32,000 nt of DNA from Erysipelothrix larvae (lineage in GTDB: Bacteria; Bacillota_I; Bacilli_A; Erysipelotrichales; Erysipelotrichaceae), in NCBI RefSeq assembly GCF_001545095.1, contig NZ_CP013213.1:1680001-1712000 (forward strand). The letters run 5' to 3'. Below, one piece after another: positions 1 through 9,597 of the stretch. Below the pieces are notes generated by a model. It searched no databases and was not told where the DNA came from. It worked only from the letters and a program-made list of their open reading frames with translations. Each line of letters opens with the position of its first letter. Position 1 is the stretch's first letter. A program made the position numbers and the translations under genes.

Positions 1-2
1 CA

Positions 3-227
3 CCCTCACTTTTGAATGCGATTAACATTAAGCATCCCATTTCTAAAGGGATCGGACTGGGAACCAGTGCCCATGCAGTGGGAACCTCAAAAGCCATAGA
101 ACTGGGGGAACTTGAAGGAACTATGGCAGGGCTTGCCTTGATTCTTTCAGGAATTATTACCATTATTATTGCTCCCCTGTTTATACTGGGATTACCTTAT
201 ATTGAACTATTGGGAGGTTATCTATGA
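3..227 (+). CDS. LrgB/CidB-family membrane protein, C-terminal part (5' end outside window)
   Basis: The frame is open from the window edge. GLGTSAHAVGTSKAIELGELEGTMAGLALILSGIITIIIAPLF resembles the conserved LrgB C-terminus. The stop overlaps the next start (ATGA at 224-227). Confidence 0.75.
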   Translation, partial: PSLLNAINIKHPISKGIGLGTSAHAVGTSKAIELGELEGTMAGLALILSGIITIIIAPLFILGLPYIELLGGYL

Positions 228-673
228 AAATTCTCTTTGTGTGTCTTGGAAATATTTGTCGTTCACCCATGGCTGAAGCCTATATGCGTGATCTTTTACG
301 AAAGCATCAGGTCACATCCATGGTGGTTGATTCATGCGGTACTTCAGGATGGCATCAGGGTGAGCGTCCCCATCACAAAACTTTAGAGGTGCTTACTAAA
401 GATGGTGTTTCATCCTCAAATTTACGTTCACGACCACTTATGGACTCTGACTTTGATACCTTTGATGTTATTATTGGGATGGACAAAAACAATGTCCGAG
501 ATTTAAAGCGATTAGCTCCGCCTCAATATCATCCAAAGATTCATTTGTTCTTAGATGTTCTTACAGGTTATGAAGGCTGTGATGTACCTGACCCTTGGTA
601 TACGGGGGATTTCGAGGAAACACGACGTTTCGTGCGTGATGGTGTATCTGCCTGGTTTACAAAACTTATGTGA
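224..673 (+). CDS. Low-molecular-weight protein-tyrosine phosphatase
   Basis: N-terminal P-loop signature CLGNICRSP (CX5R-S) and a DPWY Asp loop near the C-terminus. The 149-aa size is typical. Confidence 0.9.
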   Translation: MKILFVCLGNICRSPMAEAYMRDLLRKHQVTSMVVDSCGTSGWHQGERPHHKTLEVLTKDGVSSSNLRSRPLMDSDFDTFDVIIGMDKNNVRDLKRLAPPQYHPKIHLFLDVLTGYEGCDVPDPWYTGDFEETRRFVRDGVSAWFTKLM

Positions 674-681
674 AATAATAG

Positions 682-700
682 ACGCCTTGATGGCGTTTTT
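682..700 (+). terminator. Weak rho-independent terminator after the phosphatase gene
   Basis: acgcc-ttgat-ggcgt hairpin followed by TTTTT, immediately after the stop codon. Confidence 0.45.
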
Positions 701-705
701 ATTAT

Positions 706-745
706 AAAAAAAGAAACCCACTTTGGATAAAATGATGAGGGTTTC
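706..745 (-). terminator. Candidate rho-independent terminator downstream of recQ
   Basis: On the minus strand, a gaaaccc...gggtttc stem is followed by a T7 run. It lies ~140 nt past the recQ stop. Confidence 0.45.
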
Positions 746-886
746 CTGTCTTTTGGTGTAATTTGGCTGTCGTTATAATGCGTTGACCGACTTAAGTTTG
801 AAATAGGAGTAATTCATCAAAGTGTAATGGTTTTCGATGGATTTTGGTTGAAAATTGATTATATTAAATGTGTATATCAGCGGTTT

Positions 887-3010
887 TTATATTTGTGATG
901 CTAAAAAAGCCCTTATGGTGAAGTAGGTGACTTCCTTTGGAAGTTGATCCTTCATTGCTTTTAAACCATCGTCACGATGGGCATTGACGACTTCTTGAAG
1001 TTGTTCACGAATCTTTTCAGGAATAAAAGGTGTCAAATCGAGTAGTTGTGCTTCACCACATTTTAGCAAATGGTTTTCAATTGTTTGCGTTGTCATCTCA
1101 CGCAGTTTCGCGATTTCTTCGATGGTATACCCATCGTGATAAAGTTCTAAAGTGAGTAGATGTGTCGGTGTTTTATCCATTGTAACCTTCGCCTTTTTTG
1201 GTCTTTTCTCTTTGACTTCAACGACTTTTGTTTCAACAGGGAGGGCTTCCTCATTGAATTTGGATAAAACTTCCAAAAATTTCGGTCCGTATTTTTTTTG
1301 TTTTTGCACTCCTATTCCATTAACCTTTAGGAAGTCTTCCAAAGTTTTTGGAAACTCAATGCAAAGATTCATTAACACTTTGTCTGAGAAAATGATAAAT
1401 GGGGGAACGCCTTCTTCAGAAGCAATTTCACGTCTTAGAGCGCGTAACGCTTCGAATACAGGATTCTCTTGTGTAAGGCGTTTGGTTTTACCCTGTTGTT
1501 TGCGCCACACTTTCATGTTTCCAAGTAAAACTGCTTTACCCTTAGGCGTTATTTTAACAACAGGAAATTGTCCTTGTTCGACATCTAAATAATTTTCTGA
1601 TATCAGAAATTCAATAAATGTGCTGACATCCTTTGCTCTTTGACCCTTGAACAACCCGAAAGTAGATAATTCGTTAAATTGGAATTTGAGGATATTTTTA
1701 TTTTGAGATCCGACCAACACGTGAGCCACCATCGTTTTCCCAAAGCGTTGTCCCATTCTCATAACACAAGAAAGGACTTTTTGAGCGTCGACTGTGACAT
1801 CAATCCGTTCTCTAGTATCGGTACAGTTTCCACAACGGCCACAGGCTTCGATATCATATTCGTCAAAATAATTTAAAATGAAGGTTTGAAGGCATCCTTC
1901 GGTATGGCTATAATCTACCATCGTTTGAAGTTTTCTCAGTTCATCAGCTTGACGATCCTCGCTTGTGGATTGTTCAATTAAATAACGTTGCACTTGGACA
2001 TCTTGGGAGCTATATAATAGGATACATTCACTATCCAATCCATCACGACCTGCACGACCTGCTTCTTGATAATAACTTTCCATGTTTTTGGGCATTTGGT
2101 AATGAAGAATATAGCGTACATTGCTGCGATCTATACCCATTCCAAAGGCAGAAGTGGCTACAACTACATGAACGCGATCAAATAAAAAGTCTTCCTGACT
2201 CTGAGTCCGTTCTTCTTTAGAAAGTCCTGCATGGTATTTTGCCACGAAGATTCCATCCTTTTTAAGTTGGTTATAAAGGTTATCCACATCTTTACGAGTA
2301 GCAGCATAGATAATCCCCACTTCTTGGCTGTTCTTTTTAACATAGTCTCTAATGAACCGCTCGTTATCTTCGCCTTTCAAAACTTGAAACGATAAATTCT
2401 TTCGCTCAAAGCTTGTCATAATGGTGTGTTCTTGTGGTATGTTGAGAAGCTTGCAAATATCATCTCGTACCAATGAAGTAGCTGTAGCGGTCAAAGCAAG
2501 AATAATTGGCTTTATCGGGAGTTGGTTTATAAAACCGCGAATTTTTTGATAGCTTGGTCGAAAATCATGCCCCCATTGGGAGATACAGTGTGCCTCATCA
2601 ATCGCTACAAGCGGAATCTTCAGATGCTTTATGGTTTCTAAAAAATCCCAAGAATCTAGACGTTCTGGTGCAACATAAAGTAACTTGATTTCACCCATAG
2701 CAATGCGACGCATACGTTGGTTCGTCTGTTTGATCGTTAGGGAACTGTTGATATAAGTTGCTGCAATCCCCATCTGCTCCAAAGTATCAACCTGATCTTT
2801 CATGAGCGAAATAAGGGGGGAAATAATAAGACTCATCCCTTCAAAAACGAGTGCTGGGATTTGGTAACACATGGATTTTCCGCCACCAGTGGGCATGATT
2901 CCCATCGTATCGTATCCCTTTAGGATTTGTTCAATAATCTCTTTTTGTCCACTTCGAAACGCTGGATATCCAAAATATTCTTGTAATTTCTGTTCTGCTT
3001 GTTTGAGCAT
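887..3010 (-). CDS. recQ: ATP-dependent DNA helicase RecQ with extra C-terminal HTH-like extension
   Basis: MPTGGGKS Walker A, DEAH box (AIDEAHCISQWGHDFRPSY), RecQ zinc cluster (CRCGNC) and an HRDC-like segment. A Lys-rich linker and ~90 further residues follow. GAGAGG RBS upstream. Confidence 0.93.
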   Translation of the reverse strand: MLKQAEQKLQEYFGYPAFRSGQKEIIEQILKGYDTMGIMPTGGGKSMCYQIPALVFEGMSLIISPLISLMKDQVDTLEQMGIAATYINSSLTIKQTNQRMRRIAMGEIKLLYVAPERLDSWDFLETIKHLKIPLVAIDEAHCISQWGHDFRPSYQKIRGFINQLPIKPIILALTATATSLVRDDICKLLNIPQEHTIMTSFERKNLSFQVLKGEDNERFIRDYVKKNSQEVGIIYAATRKDVDNLYNQLKKDGIFVAKYHAGLSKEERTQSQEDFLFDRVHVVVATSAFGMGIDRSNVRYILHYQMPKNMESYYQEAGRAGRDGLDSECILLYSSQDVQVQRYLIEQSTSEDRQADELRKLQTMVDYSHTEGCLQTFILNYFDEYDIEACGRCGNCTDTRERIDVTVDAQKVLSCVMRMGQRFGKTMVAHVLVGSQNKNILKFQFNELSTFGLFKGQRAKDVSTFIEFLISENYLDVEQGQFPVVKITPKGKAVLLGNMKVWRKQQGKTKRLTQENPVFEALRALRREIASEEGVPPFIIFSDKVLMNLCIEFPKTLEDFLKVNGIGVQKQKKYGPKFLEVLSKFNEEALPVETKVVEVKEKRPKKAKVTMDKTPTHLLTLELYHDGYTIEEIAKLREMTTQTIENHLLKCGEAQLLDLTPFIPEKIREQLQEVVNAHRDDGLKAMKDQLPKEVTYFTIRAFLASQI

Positions 3011-3081
3011 ATTTCAACCTCTCTATTTCATATCCTCCCACTCATTAACATAAGATTAATCACCTAAATTCACTGAATGAT

Positions 3082-3101
3082 AAAAACGGCGCACCGTTTT
3101 T
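3082..3101 (-). terminator. Short bidirectional-looking terminator between the metallophosphoesterase gene and recQ
   Basis: aaaaacgg-cgca-ccgttttt: a hairpin flanked by an A-run and a T-run. Confidence 0.4.
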
Positions 3102-3170
3102 GTTACTTCCTTTTAAACATCTGCTCCAAGACTTATCACTGTGTAATTATTGATATAAAAGTGACTGGCT

Positions 3171-3974
3171 TTAAAGGGTTTGACTTATCTGGGTTTTTGA
3201 TAAATCAAGTACCACGATTTCTGGGGTTGCAAAAAAGCGCAGTGGAAATCCACCAATGCCTTTTGATATATAACATAGCATGCCATGTTCAACATGATAC
3301 CCTCGCACTAAATCTTGACCAAATTCACTGCGTACAGCGGGTGCATAATGACCAAAGAATGTAATCTGTCCACCATGGTGATGACCAGCAAGTCCAAAAG
3401 CAAATTGATGTGCATTGGGGTTTTTACGTAACACTTCAGGTTCATGGCTTATTAAGATTGACTGTTCTTTTTGAGTATTGAGTGGTGGAATGTAAGGATG
3501 TCCCAATCGGTAATCATCCGTTCCATAAAGGGTGTACCCTTCCCATTCAATCCATTCATTCACAAGCAGTTTAATGTTTGCATCTTGATATGCTTGTTTG
3601 ACTGTTTCCAAATCCAGATAATCATGATTTCCTAAGACAGCAATACATTCAATATCTAAATCTTTGAAGTAGTTAAAGACAGGGTTTGGATATGTACGGG
3701 GTTTGGTGATGATGTCCCCACCAATTATCACAAGATCAGGCTGTTGTGCTTTAATTGCACGACATACGCGTTTCATGAAGTGATGCTTAAATTTGGTTAC
3801 ATAATCTAAGTGAATGTCTGAAACAAAGACGATTTTAAGGGGTTTTTCGGATTTCTTAAGGTCTGATTTGTTAAGATCTAGGTGTGTGACTTTGAGGGTA
3901 TTTGCTTCAATAAATCCCCATATCAATCCCAAAACACACAGCAGAAAAAGCCACTTAATCATGGTGTAATCCAT
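3171..3974 (-). CDS. Membrane-anchored calcineurin-like metallophosphoesterase (YkuE-like)
   Basis: Motifs VSDIHLD, GGDI, GNHD and GHHHGG appear in canonical order after an N-terminal hydrophobic anchor. The start is uncertain (ATG at 3974 or 3962). It overlaps the coaX stop. Confidence 0.85.
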   Translation of the reverse strand: MDYTMIKWLFLLCVLGLIWGFIEANTLKVTHLDLNKSDLKKSEKPLKIVFVSDIHLDYVTKFKHHFMKRVCRAIKAQQPDLVIIGGDIITKPRTYPNPVFNYFKDLDIECIAVLGNHDYLDLETVKQAYQDANIKLLVNEWIEWEGYTLYGTDDYRLGHPYIPPLNTQKEQSILISHEPEVLRKNPNAHQFAFGLAGHHHGGQITFFGHYAPAVRSEFGQDLVRGYHVEHGMLCYISKGIGGFPLRFFATPEIVVLDLSKTQISQTL

Positions 3975-4716
3975 CCTCTTGAGCTAGGTGGAAAAGACCC
4001 TCATTCACAAGATCATCAATCCAGATATAATCATGCAAGCGTGCTTTAAATAGGGATGAATATCCTCCAGTTAAGACAACGGTGCAAGATTCACCCAGTT
4101 CGTGTTGTACTTGTTGTGTCAGACCCCGTATTTGATAATAAGTTGCGTACATAATACCCGATTGAATGGCAGAAACGGTATCATGTCCGATTACCTGTTG
4201 TGGAAATTCGAAGGACACTTGTGGAAGATGGGGGATTTTTGCATGCATCGACTTCATGGATTCACCCAGTCCAGGAATAATAATTCCGCCTTTAAATGCG
4301 CCGTGTTGATTCACTGCAGTGATTTTTGTAGCACTTCCCACATCCACGATCACCAAGGGTGGCCTAAATCGTTTCATCGCACCGATGGAACTTGCGATAA
4401 AGTCTGCACCGATTTCATCGGGGTTGTCCAGTAAGTTCTTAAACGTTGGTATTGTTTTTTGTGAGACACTGATGGGTGGGCATTTAAAAACATCTTCGAG
4501 TACTCGCATTAAAAGATCATGAATACGGGGTACAACACAACTCAGAATCACCTTATGAACACTGTGTGTCATGGATTTGAAGTGTGCTGTATATGCATCA
4601 TAAGCATGATCAAGATCCGTAATGGTCTCAAAGCGTTTTTTTTCAACTATTTCTTGGGTTTCATTATAGAGTATACATACGATATTTGAATTCCCCACAT
4701 CGATTGTACAAATCAT
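3955..4716 (-). CDS. coaX: Type III pantothenate kinase
   Basis: MICTIDVGNSN N-terminal phosphate-1 motif, DVGSATK and GGYS motifs. I prefer the ATG at 4716 over the GTG at 4725 used by the ORF track. Confidence 0.88.
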   Translation of the reverse strand: MICTIDVGNSNIVCILYNETQEIVEKKRFETITDLDHAYDAYTAHFKSMTHSVHKVILSCVVPRIHDLLMRVLEDVFKCPPISVSQKTIPTFKNLLDNPDEIGADFIASSIGAMKRFRPPLVIVDVGSATKITAVNQHGAFKGGIIIPGLGESMKSMHAKIPHLPQVSFEFPQQVIGHDTVSAIQSGIMYATYYQIRGLTQQVQHELGESCTVVLTGGYSSLFKARLHDYIWIDDLVNEGLFHLAQEDGLHHD

Positions 4717-4961
4717 CGTTCTCACATCCTAACTGTTCAATTATAGGCTATATTTTCTTTCTTATCAAGAACGATTATACAACATGATAAGTAGGGTTTG
4801 AATCACGTATTTGATTTCATCTGAAAACAATACAAGCACGCATAATATCACAAGTAATTGAGTGGTTTGTTGTTTCATAAATTCATTCCTTTATTTCGTC
4901 CTTATGGTGATTAATTTTTGATATGTTTCACGGCAGGTTCATATAAAGCACGTGCTATTTG

Positions 4962-4970
4962 TGATATAAT
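4962..4970 (+). promoter_or_regulatory. Extended -10 element (TGaTATAAT) directly upstream of apbE
   Basis: tgatataat ends 6 nt before the apbE ATG. No Shine-Dalgarno sequence lies between them. Confidence 0.45.
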
Positions 4971-4976
4971 GCTCTT

Positions 4977-6095
4977 ATGAAAAAAATATTATCCATTGTG
5001 CTTGTTGGACTACTTTTAGTAGGGTGTGGCACAAAAGAACCTGAATCAGAATACACACGATATACCAACCAAACATTAACAGCAGGCTTTGATACCGTCA
5101 TGACTCTGCTTGCTTATACAAAAACTAAAGATGACTTTGATGATTACTTCGACATGATGCGTAATGAGTTCATTCATTACAATGAGCTCTTTGATCGATA
5201 CAATAGCTATACAGGCGTTAATAACATCAAAACCATCAATGATAATGCAGGAATTGCAGCAGTTGAAGTGGACCAAGAGATTATTTCCATGTTGCTTCTC
5301 GCACGGACTTATTCTGAAATAAGCAGCTATTTTGATATTACCTTAGGTGCAATGCTTGAAATTTGGCATGATTATCGTGAAGCGGGTGAATTAAAGAATG
5401 CTGAAGGGTTAGAAGGTGAAATTCCATCCCTTGAGATTCTTGAAGAAGCCATGGCATTTACAGGATGGGATAAGGTTGAAATTGATGAAACCAATCATAC
5501 CGTATTCTTAACCGAAAAAGGCATGTCCCTTGATGTAGGTGCAATCGCCAAAGGATATGCAACTGAAAAAGTTGCACTAAAGCTTGAAGCTGAAGGCCTG
5601 GAATTTGGGATTGTCAGTGGTGGTGGAAATATTCGTACCATTAATACACGCGCTGATGGTGCTTCATGGGCAATTGGGATTCAAGAACCTTCCGTGCTTG
5701 CGACTGCAGAGAATATTGATGTAATCAGCATTCCCCATTCAGTATCGGTTGTGACATCGGGTGATTATCAACGCACCTTTACAGGACCTAATGGTGAAAG
5801 TTTCTCTCATCTCATTAATCCTAAATCGTTATTCCCAGCCACAAACTTTAGATCCGTCAGTGTAATTATGAAAGACTCCGGTGCTGCTGATGCCTTGTCT
5901 ACGGCTCTATTTATGATGACTTATGAAGAAGGACAAGACTTTGCACAACGTTACAATCAAGACCATCCTGATGATCAAATTGGTGTGTTTTGGATTGTGG
6001 ATGATAACCCAGATTGGTATCAACAGGGTGATTACTCCTTTAATATGACGGATAACCTTAAAGAATACAGCAGAAACCTAAACCAAGCGGATTAG
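4977..6095 (+). CDS. apbE: FAD:protein FMN transferase (ApbE family) lipoprotein
   Basis: Lipoprotein signal with lipobox LLVGC. ApbE motifs include GAIAKGYA and TSGDYQR. Confidence 0.88.
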   Translation: MKKILSIVLVGLLLVGCGTKEPESEYTRYTNQTLTAGFDTVMTLLAYTKTKDDFDDYFDMMRNEFIHYNELFDRYNSYTGVNNIKTINDNAGIAAVEVDQEIISMLLLARTYSEISSYFDITLGAMLEIWHDYREAGELKNAEGLEGEIPSLEILEEAMAFTGWDKVEIDETNHTVFLTEKGMSLDVGAIAKGYATEKVALKLEAEGLEFGIVSGGGNIRTINTRADGASWAIGIQEPSVLATAENIDVISIPHSVSVVTSGDYQRTFTGPNGESFSHLINPKSLFPATNFRSVSVIMKDSGAADALSTALFMMTYEEGQDFAQRYNQDHPDDQIGVFWIVDDNPDWYQQGDYSFNMTDNLKEYSRNLNQAD

Positions 6096-6107
6096 GTTTC
6101 TTTTTTA
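6074..6107 (+). terminator. Rho-independent terminator of apbE
   Basis: 8-bp stem aaacctaa/ttaggttt containing the stop codon, followed by cTTTTTT. Confidence 0.6.
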
Positions 6108-7052
6108 TGTCAGTGCATTTAAGAGCGCATAGCCCTGTTCATTTAGTTCCCAACGGTAATGACCACTAATCCCTTTGGAGTCATTGAGTGAAACCAGTAC
6201 ATCTTGTTCGAAGTTGAATTGATAGGGATGGGCACTGTGTATCAGGCGTGGGAGTCCATCTTGATTGTAGTGGTCTGAAAGGATTCCAACATGGTCGAGT
6301 GAAAAGAATACGATGTCACCGCCTTGCCATTGAGCTTTGTCATCAAGATCTCGTGAAAGTGATCGTGTGTTTCGTTCAAAAAACACGATCAAATTACGCA
6401 CACGTCTGAAATCAATGTTTGCATCTTCAGCATACGGATATGCATCTGGGTCTTGATCAATATCAAGATCCATCATTGCTTTTAGGTTGTACCCTGCTTC
6501 TTGTAGTGAACGCCAAACAAGATCGGTGCATACCCCTTCTGTTTCTGGGGGGATACCCCCTGCATAGTAAACACTTTTATACTGTGGTTTGAGTTGGGCT
6601 TGATGATAAGCACCCGTTAAGATGTCTTGATTATCTGAGTGACCATTGTTGTTTTCATCGTGTTCAAGGTCTAGGATTTCGTAGTTGAAATCTTGGGCTG
6701 AATACGGCTCTTGAAGCAAGATATTGTAGAACACCAAAAGATAGGTAAAAACGATCAGTACAATGGGAACAATCACATAGGTCACATGTCGGTCTCGATA
6801 TTGCACAATAATCAGTGCATAAACACTCATCATTAAAAACGTGTCTTTAAGTGAGAGTCGAAACCAGAATTCTAAAATAATATACAAGCACACATAGCAT
6901 AATAGGCTCAAATGCACGCGATCTTTATACAGAAGCGACACACTAAAAATCGCAAGGTATACCAGGATGATTCCGAGTGGTGGAAGTTTTAAGAGCATTA
7001 ATGTGCACATTAACGCAACAATACCAAATGTCTGAATTGTTTTGTGTTTCAT
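6105..7052 (-). CDS. Membrane protein with C-terminal DUF1287-like domain
   Basis: About four N-terminal hydrophobic segments. The C-terminal part (GVCTDLVWRSLQEAGYNL...NIDFRRVRNLIVFFERN...GDIVFF...HVGILSD) resembles DUF1287. Confidence 0.7.
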   Translation of the reverse strand: MKHKTIQTFGIVALMCTLMLLKLPPLGIILVYLAIFSVSLLYKDRVHLSLLCYVCLYIILEFWFRLSLKDTFLMMSVYALIIVQYRDRHVTYVIVPIVLIVFTYLLVFYNILLQEPYSAQDFNYEILDLEHDENNNGHSDNQDILTGAYHQAQLKPQYKSVYYAGGIPPETEGVCTDLVWRSLQEAGYNLKAMMDLDIDQDPDAYPYAEDANIDFRRVRNLIVFFERNTRSLSRDLDDKAQWQGGDIVFFSLDHVGILSDHYNQDGLPRLIHSAHPYQFNFEQDVLVSLNDSKGISGHYRWELNEQGYALLNALT

Positions 7053-7130
7053 AACGCCTCCAAATAAACTATATATAGTCTACCATGCACAATGAAAAAA
7101 TGACATCATCCGTTGGATAATGCCACAGTT

Positions 7131-8906
7131 TCACATTAATAATTCGTCTTCTGTTGCACGTGGTAGACATAGACTCACTTTAAAGAGATCGCCATCAATC
7201 TTGATGCTAAAGCTTCCACCCAGCATTTCCATGATATTCCGTGCGATGCTCAGTCCAAGTCCACTGCCTTCTGTATTGCGTGAAGAATCACCGCGTACAA
7301 AGCGTTCCATCAGTTCTTCTTCAGTAATATTCAAGGCATCTTTAGAGATATTTTTGATGGATAAGGTTGCGTGTGTCTCATTGAGTGCACCATCAATATA
7401 GACCCGTGTATGTTCTTGGGCATACAGGGTAAGATTGCGCAGGACATTATCAATCACGCGCCAGAGATATTTCCCATCTGCAAGGACATCCACATCCACT
7501 GCATCCAGTTTTGATATGAGTTCTAGGTTTCTTTCATGAATCTTGTCCTCATATTCCCCAATGGATTGTTCCCAGAAGACTTTAAGGTTAATCGGTTCTT
7601 TGATGAGTTCAACATCCATGGTATTAATCTTCGCTGCTTCAAAAAGATCATCGGTAAGTTTTTTGAGACGATGGACTTGTTTATCTACCACCCCTAGATA
7701 TTCAGTTTGTGTTGGGGATAAATCTTCATGTTTCAATAAATCCACATAGTTTACAATCGAAGTCAGGGGTGTTTTTAAGTCATGGCTGACATTGGTAATG
7801 AGTTCCGATTTTGTTCGCTCACTTTTGAGTTGTTGTTGGACAGCATCATCAAGTCCACTTTGAATTTCAGTAAGGTTTGAACTGATGTCATTTAGGGCTA
7901 CGGATGTGAGGTTCACCGCTGTGTTCGTATAAGTTCCACTGCGTATGTCTAAGCTCAGCTTTTGTAGCACTTTGATTTCTGCAGTGTGTTTAATCCAAGC
8001 ACGGGTAATCACAAAATAAGGTACCCAGAAAAGAATCATCACAAAAACAAACAGTTCTCCATCCATTCCTAAGGATATGAGACTCATAATTAAGCCTACT
8101 AAACCAATGTAACTCAATCCCATATGGTTATTTTTGGAGTAGGTGATGATGCCAATGAGCATGTTTATCAAAGAGTTTTTAAACAACACACCCGCATTAA
8201 TTCTCACAATGAGACTTCGCACGATGACAAGTGTTGTTATAAAAAAGATAAGGACCCAAAATTCATCCACCATCGTCATTCCCAAAAGACTAATAAATGC
8301 AAAGGCGATAAGTTCAAGGGGGATGCGCTCGAAAAAAGAGAGTGCATAGGTTCCATCAGCCTTTTGTCCGATGTATTTGAAACTAAAAATTGCGATGATA
8401 AGCGTGAGTAATGTCGCAATGCCTGTTGCAATATACAGCGCAGGGCGATATTCCAGAACAAAATTGACTTCCCTGAATTGTTGATCAATCCAATCATCTG
8501 CATTACGCCAATTCAGTTCAAATTCTAACGTATACTGGCGTGTGTCATTGTCTAGGTTTACTTCATAACCATACACCATGATGACTAATTTTGATGATTG
8601 AGAGAGTCTGGATGTATTGGTGAAGACTTCTTCACCATTAACCAGAAATCTTAAATCCAGATTTGTATTTTCCGGTTTAAATTGAAGTTGATTGTTCTCA
8701 CTTACTTGACCAAAATCTACATAGTCATAGATAAATTCTTGTACGACACTATATCCATAGTTTCTCACGATGAGGTTTTTTTCGATTGATCCATCACTGA
8801 CAATATTGACGATTGAGCTCGCAATACCAATTCCAATCCAGCCACAAAGGCATGACAAAAAGGCAATCCAAAACAGGATCAGGGTTTTCGTTTTTTTATA
8901 TTTCAT
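7131..8906 (-). CDS. Sensor histidine kinase (multi-TM, large N-terminal extracytoplasmic segment)
   Basis: H-box SHDLKTPLTSI, N-box NVLRNLTLYA, G-box GSGLGLSIA. Its start lies 1 nt after the stop of the upstream response regulator. Confidence 0.9.
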   Translation of the reverse strand: MKYKKTKTLILFWIAFLSCLCGWIGIGIASSIVNIVSDGSIEKNLIVRNYGYSVVQEFIYDYVDFGQVSENNQLQFKPENTNLDLRFLVNGEEVFTNTSRLSQSSKLVIMVYGYEVNLDNDTRQYTLEFELNWRNADDWIDQQFREVNFVLEYRPALYIATGIATLLTLIIAIFSFKYIGQKADGTYALSFFERIPLELIAFAFISLLGMTMVDEFWVLIFFITTLVIVRSLIVRINAGVLFKNSLINMLIGIITYSKNNHMGLSYIGLVGLIMSLISLGMDGELFVFVMILFWVPYFVITRAWIKHTAEIKVLQKLSLDIRSGTYTNTAVNLTSVALNDISSNLTEIQSGLDDAVQQQLKSERTKSELITNVSHDLKTPLTSIVNYVDLLKHEDLSPTQTEYLGVVDKQVHRLKKLTDDLFEAAKINTMDVELIKEPINLKVFWEQSIGEYEDKIHERNLELISKLDAVDVDVLADGKYLWRVIDNVLRNLTLYAQEHTRVYIDGALNETHATLSIKNISKDALNITEEELMERFVRGDSSRNTEGSGLGLSIARNIMEMLGGSFSIKIDGDLFKVSLCLPRATEDELLM

Positions 8907-8907
8907 A

Positions 8908-9597
8908 TTAATACTCCGTTATTTTATATCCTTGTCCCCACACCACATGAATGTAACGTGGGTTCGCAGGATCGATTTCTATTTTTTCTCTGAGGTGTCT
9001 GATGTGTACGGGAATTGAAGATTCCGCACTGATGTTGGTTTCATCCCAAATGGCATCAAAGATGCTTTGAAGTGAGAACACATGACCCGGTCGTGACATC
9101 AGAAGTTTTAGAATTGAGAATTCAATGGGGGTTAAACGCACAGACTCTCCTAAGACACTGACTGATTTTGTGGAATCATTGACGACAATATCCCCAATAT
9201 TCAATTCCACATGACTTTGCTTATACGGTTGATAATAGGTATAGCGTCTGATTTGAGAGCGCACACGTGCAATGACTTCGATTGGATTAAAGGGTTTTGT
9301 AATGTAATCATCCGCACCACAGTTCAATCCTAAGATTTTATCAGTGTCTTCACTTTTTGCACTGATTAGGATCACTGGGATATCGATGGTTTTTCTCAGT
9401 TCATTCAGTGTTGTGATGCCATCCATGATGGGCATCATAATATCCAACAACAAACAATGCACTGGATTGTGTTGAATATAGTCTAAGGCATCTTGGCCAT
9501 TATGAAATCCAACAACTTCATAGCCTTCAGCTTCAAGGTAAATTTGAAGGGCTCTTACAATATCTTTTTCATCATCACATACGCATATTTTCGGCAT
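8908..9597 (-). CDS. OmpR-family response regulator
   Basis: CDDEKD acidic pocket, LLDIMMP phospho-Asp, SAKS/KPF, and a winged-helix C-terminus (GQGYKI). I chose the ATG at 9597 because GGAGGA lies just upstream; the ORF track uses 9609. Confidence 0.9.
   Translation of the reverse strand: MPKICVCDDEKDIVRALQIYLEAEGYEVVGFHNGQDALDYIQHNPVHCLLLDIMMPIMDGITTLNELRKTIDIPVILISAKSEDTDKILGLNCGADDYITKPFNPIEVIARVRSQIRRYTYYQPYKQSHVELNIGDIVVNDSTKSVSVLGESVRLTPIEFSILKLLMSRPGHVFSLQSIFDAIWDETNISAESSIPVHIRHLREKIEIDPANPRYIHVVWGQGYKITEY

Noticed and set aside
1152-2220. Plus-strand ORFs of 65-146 aa inside recQ (1152-1592, 1679-1876, 1963-2220, 2871-3053)
   Set aside because: They are antisense shadow ORFs within a well-supported helicase gene. 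They have low-complexity composition, no RBS and no motifs.
7120-8503. Short ORFs overlapping the histidine kinase gene on either strand
   Set aside because: They are shadow ORFs within a motif-supported kinase gene.
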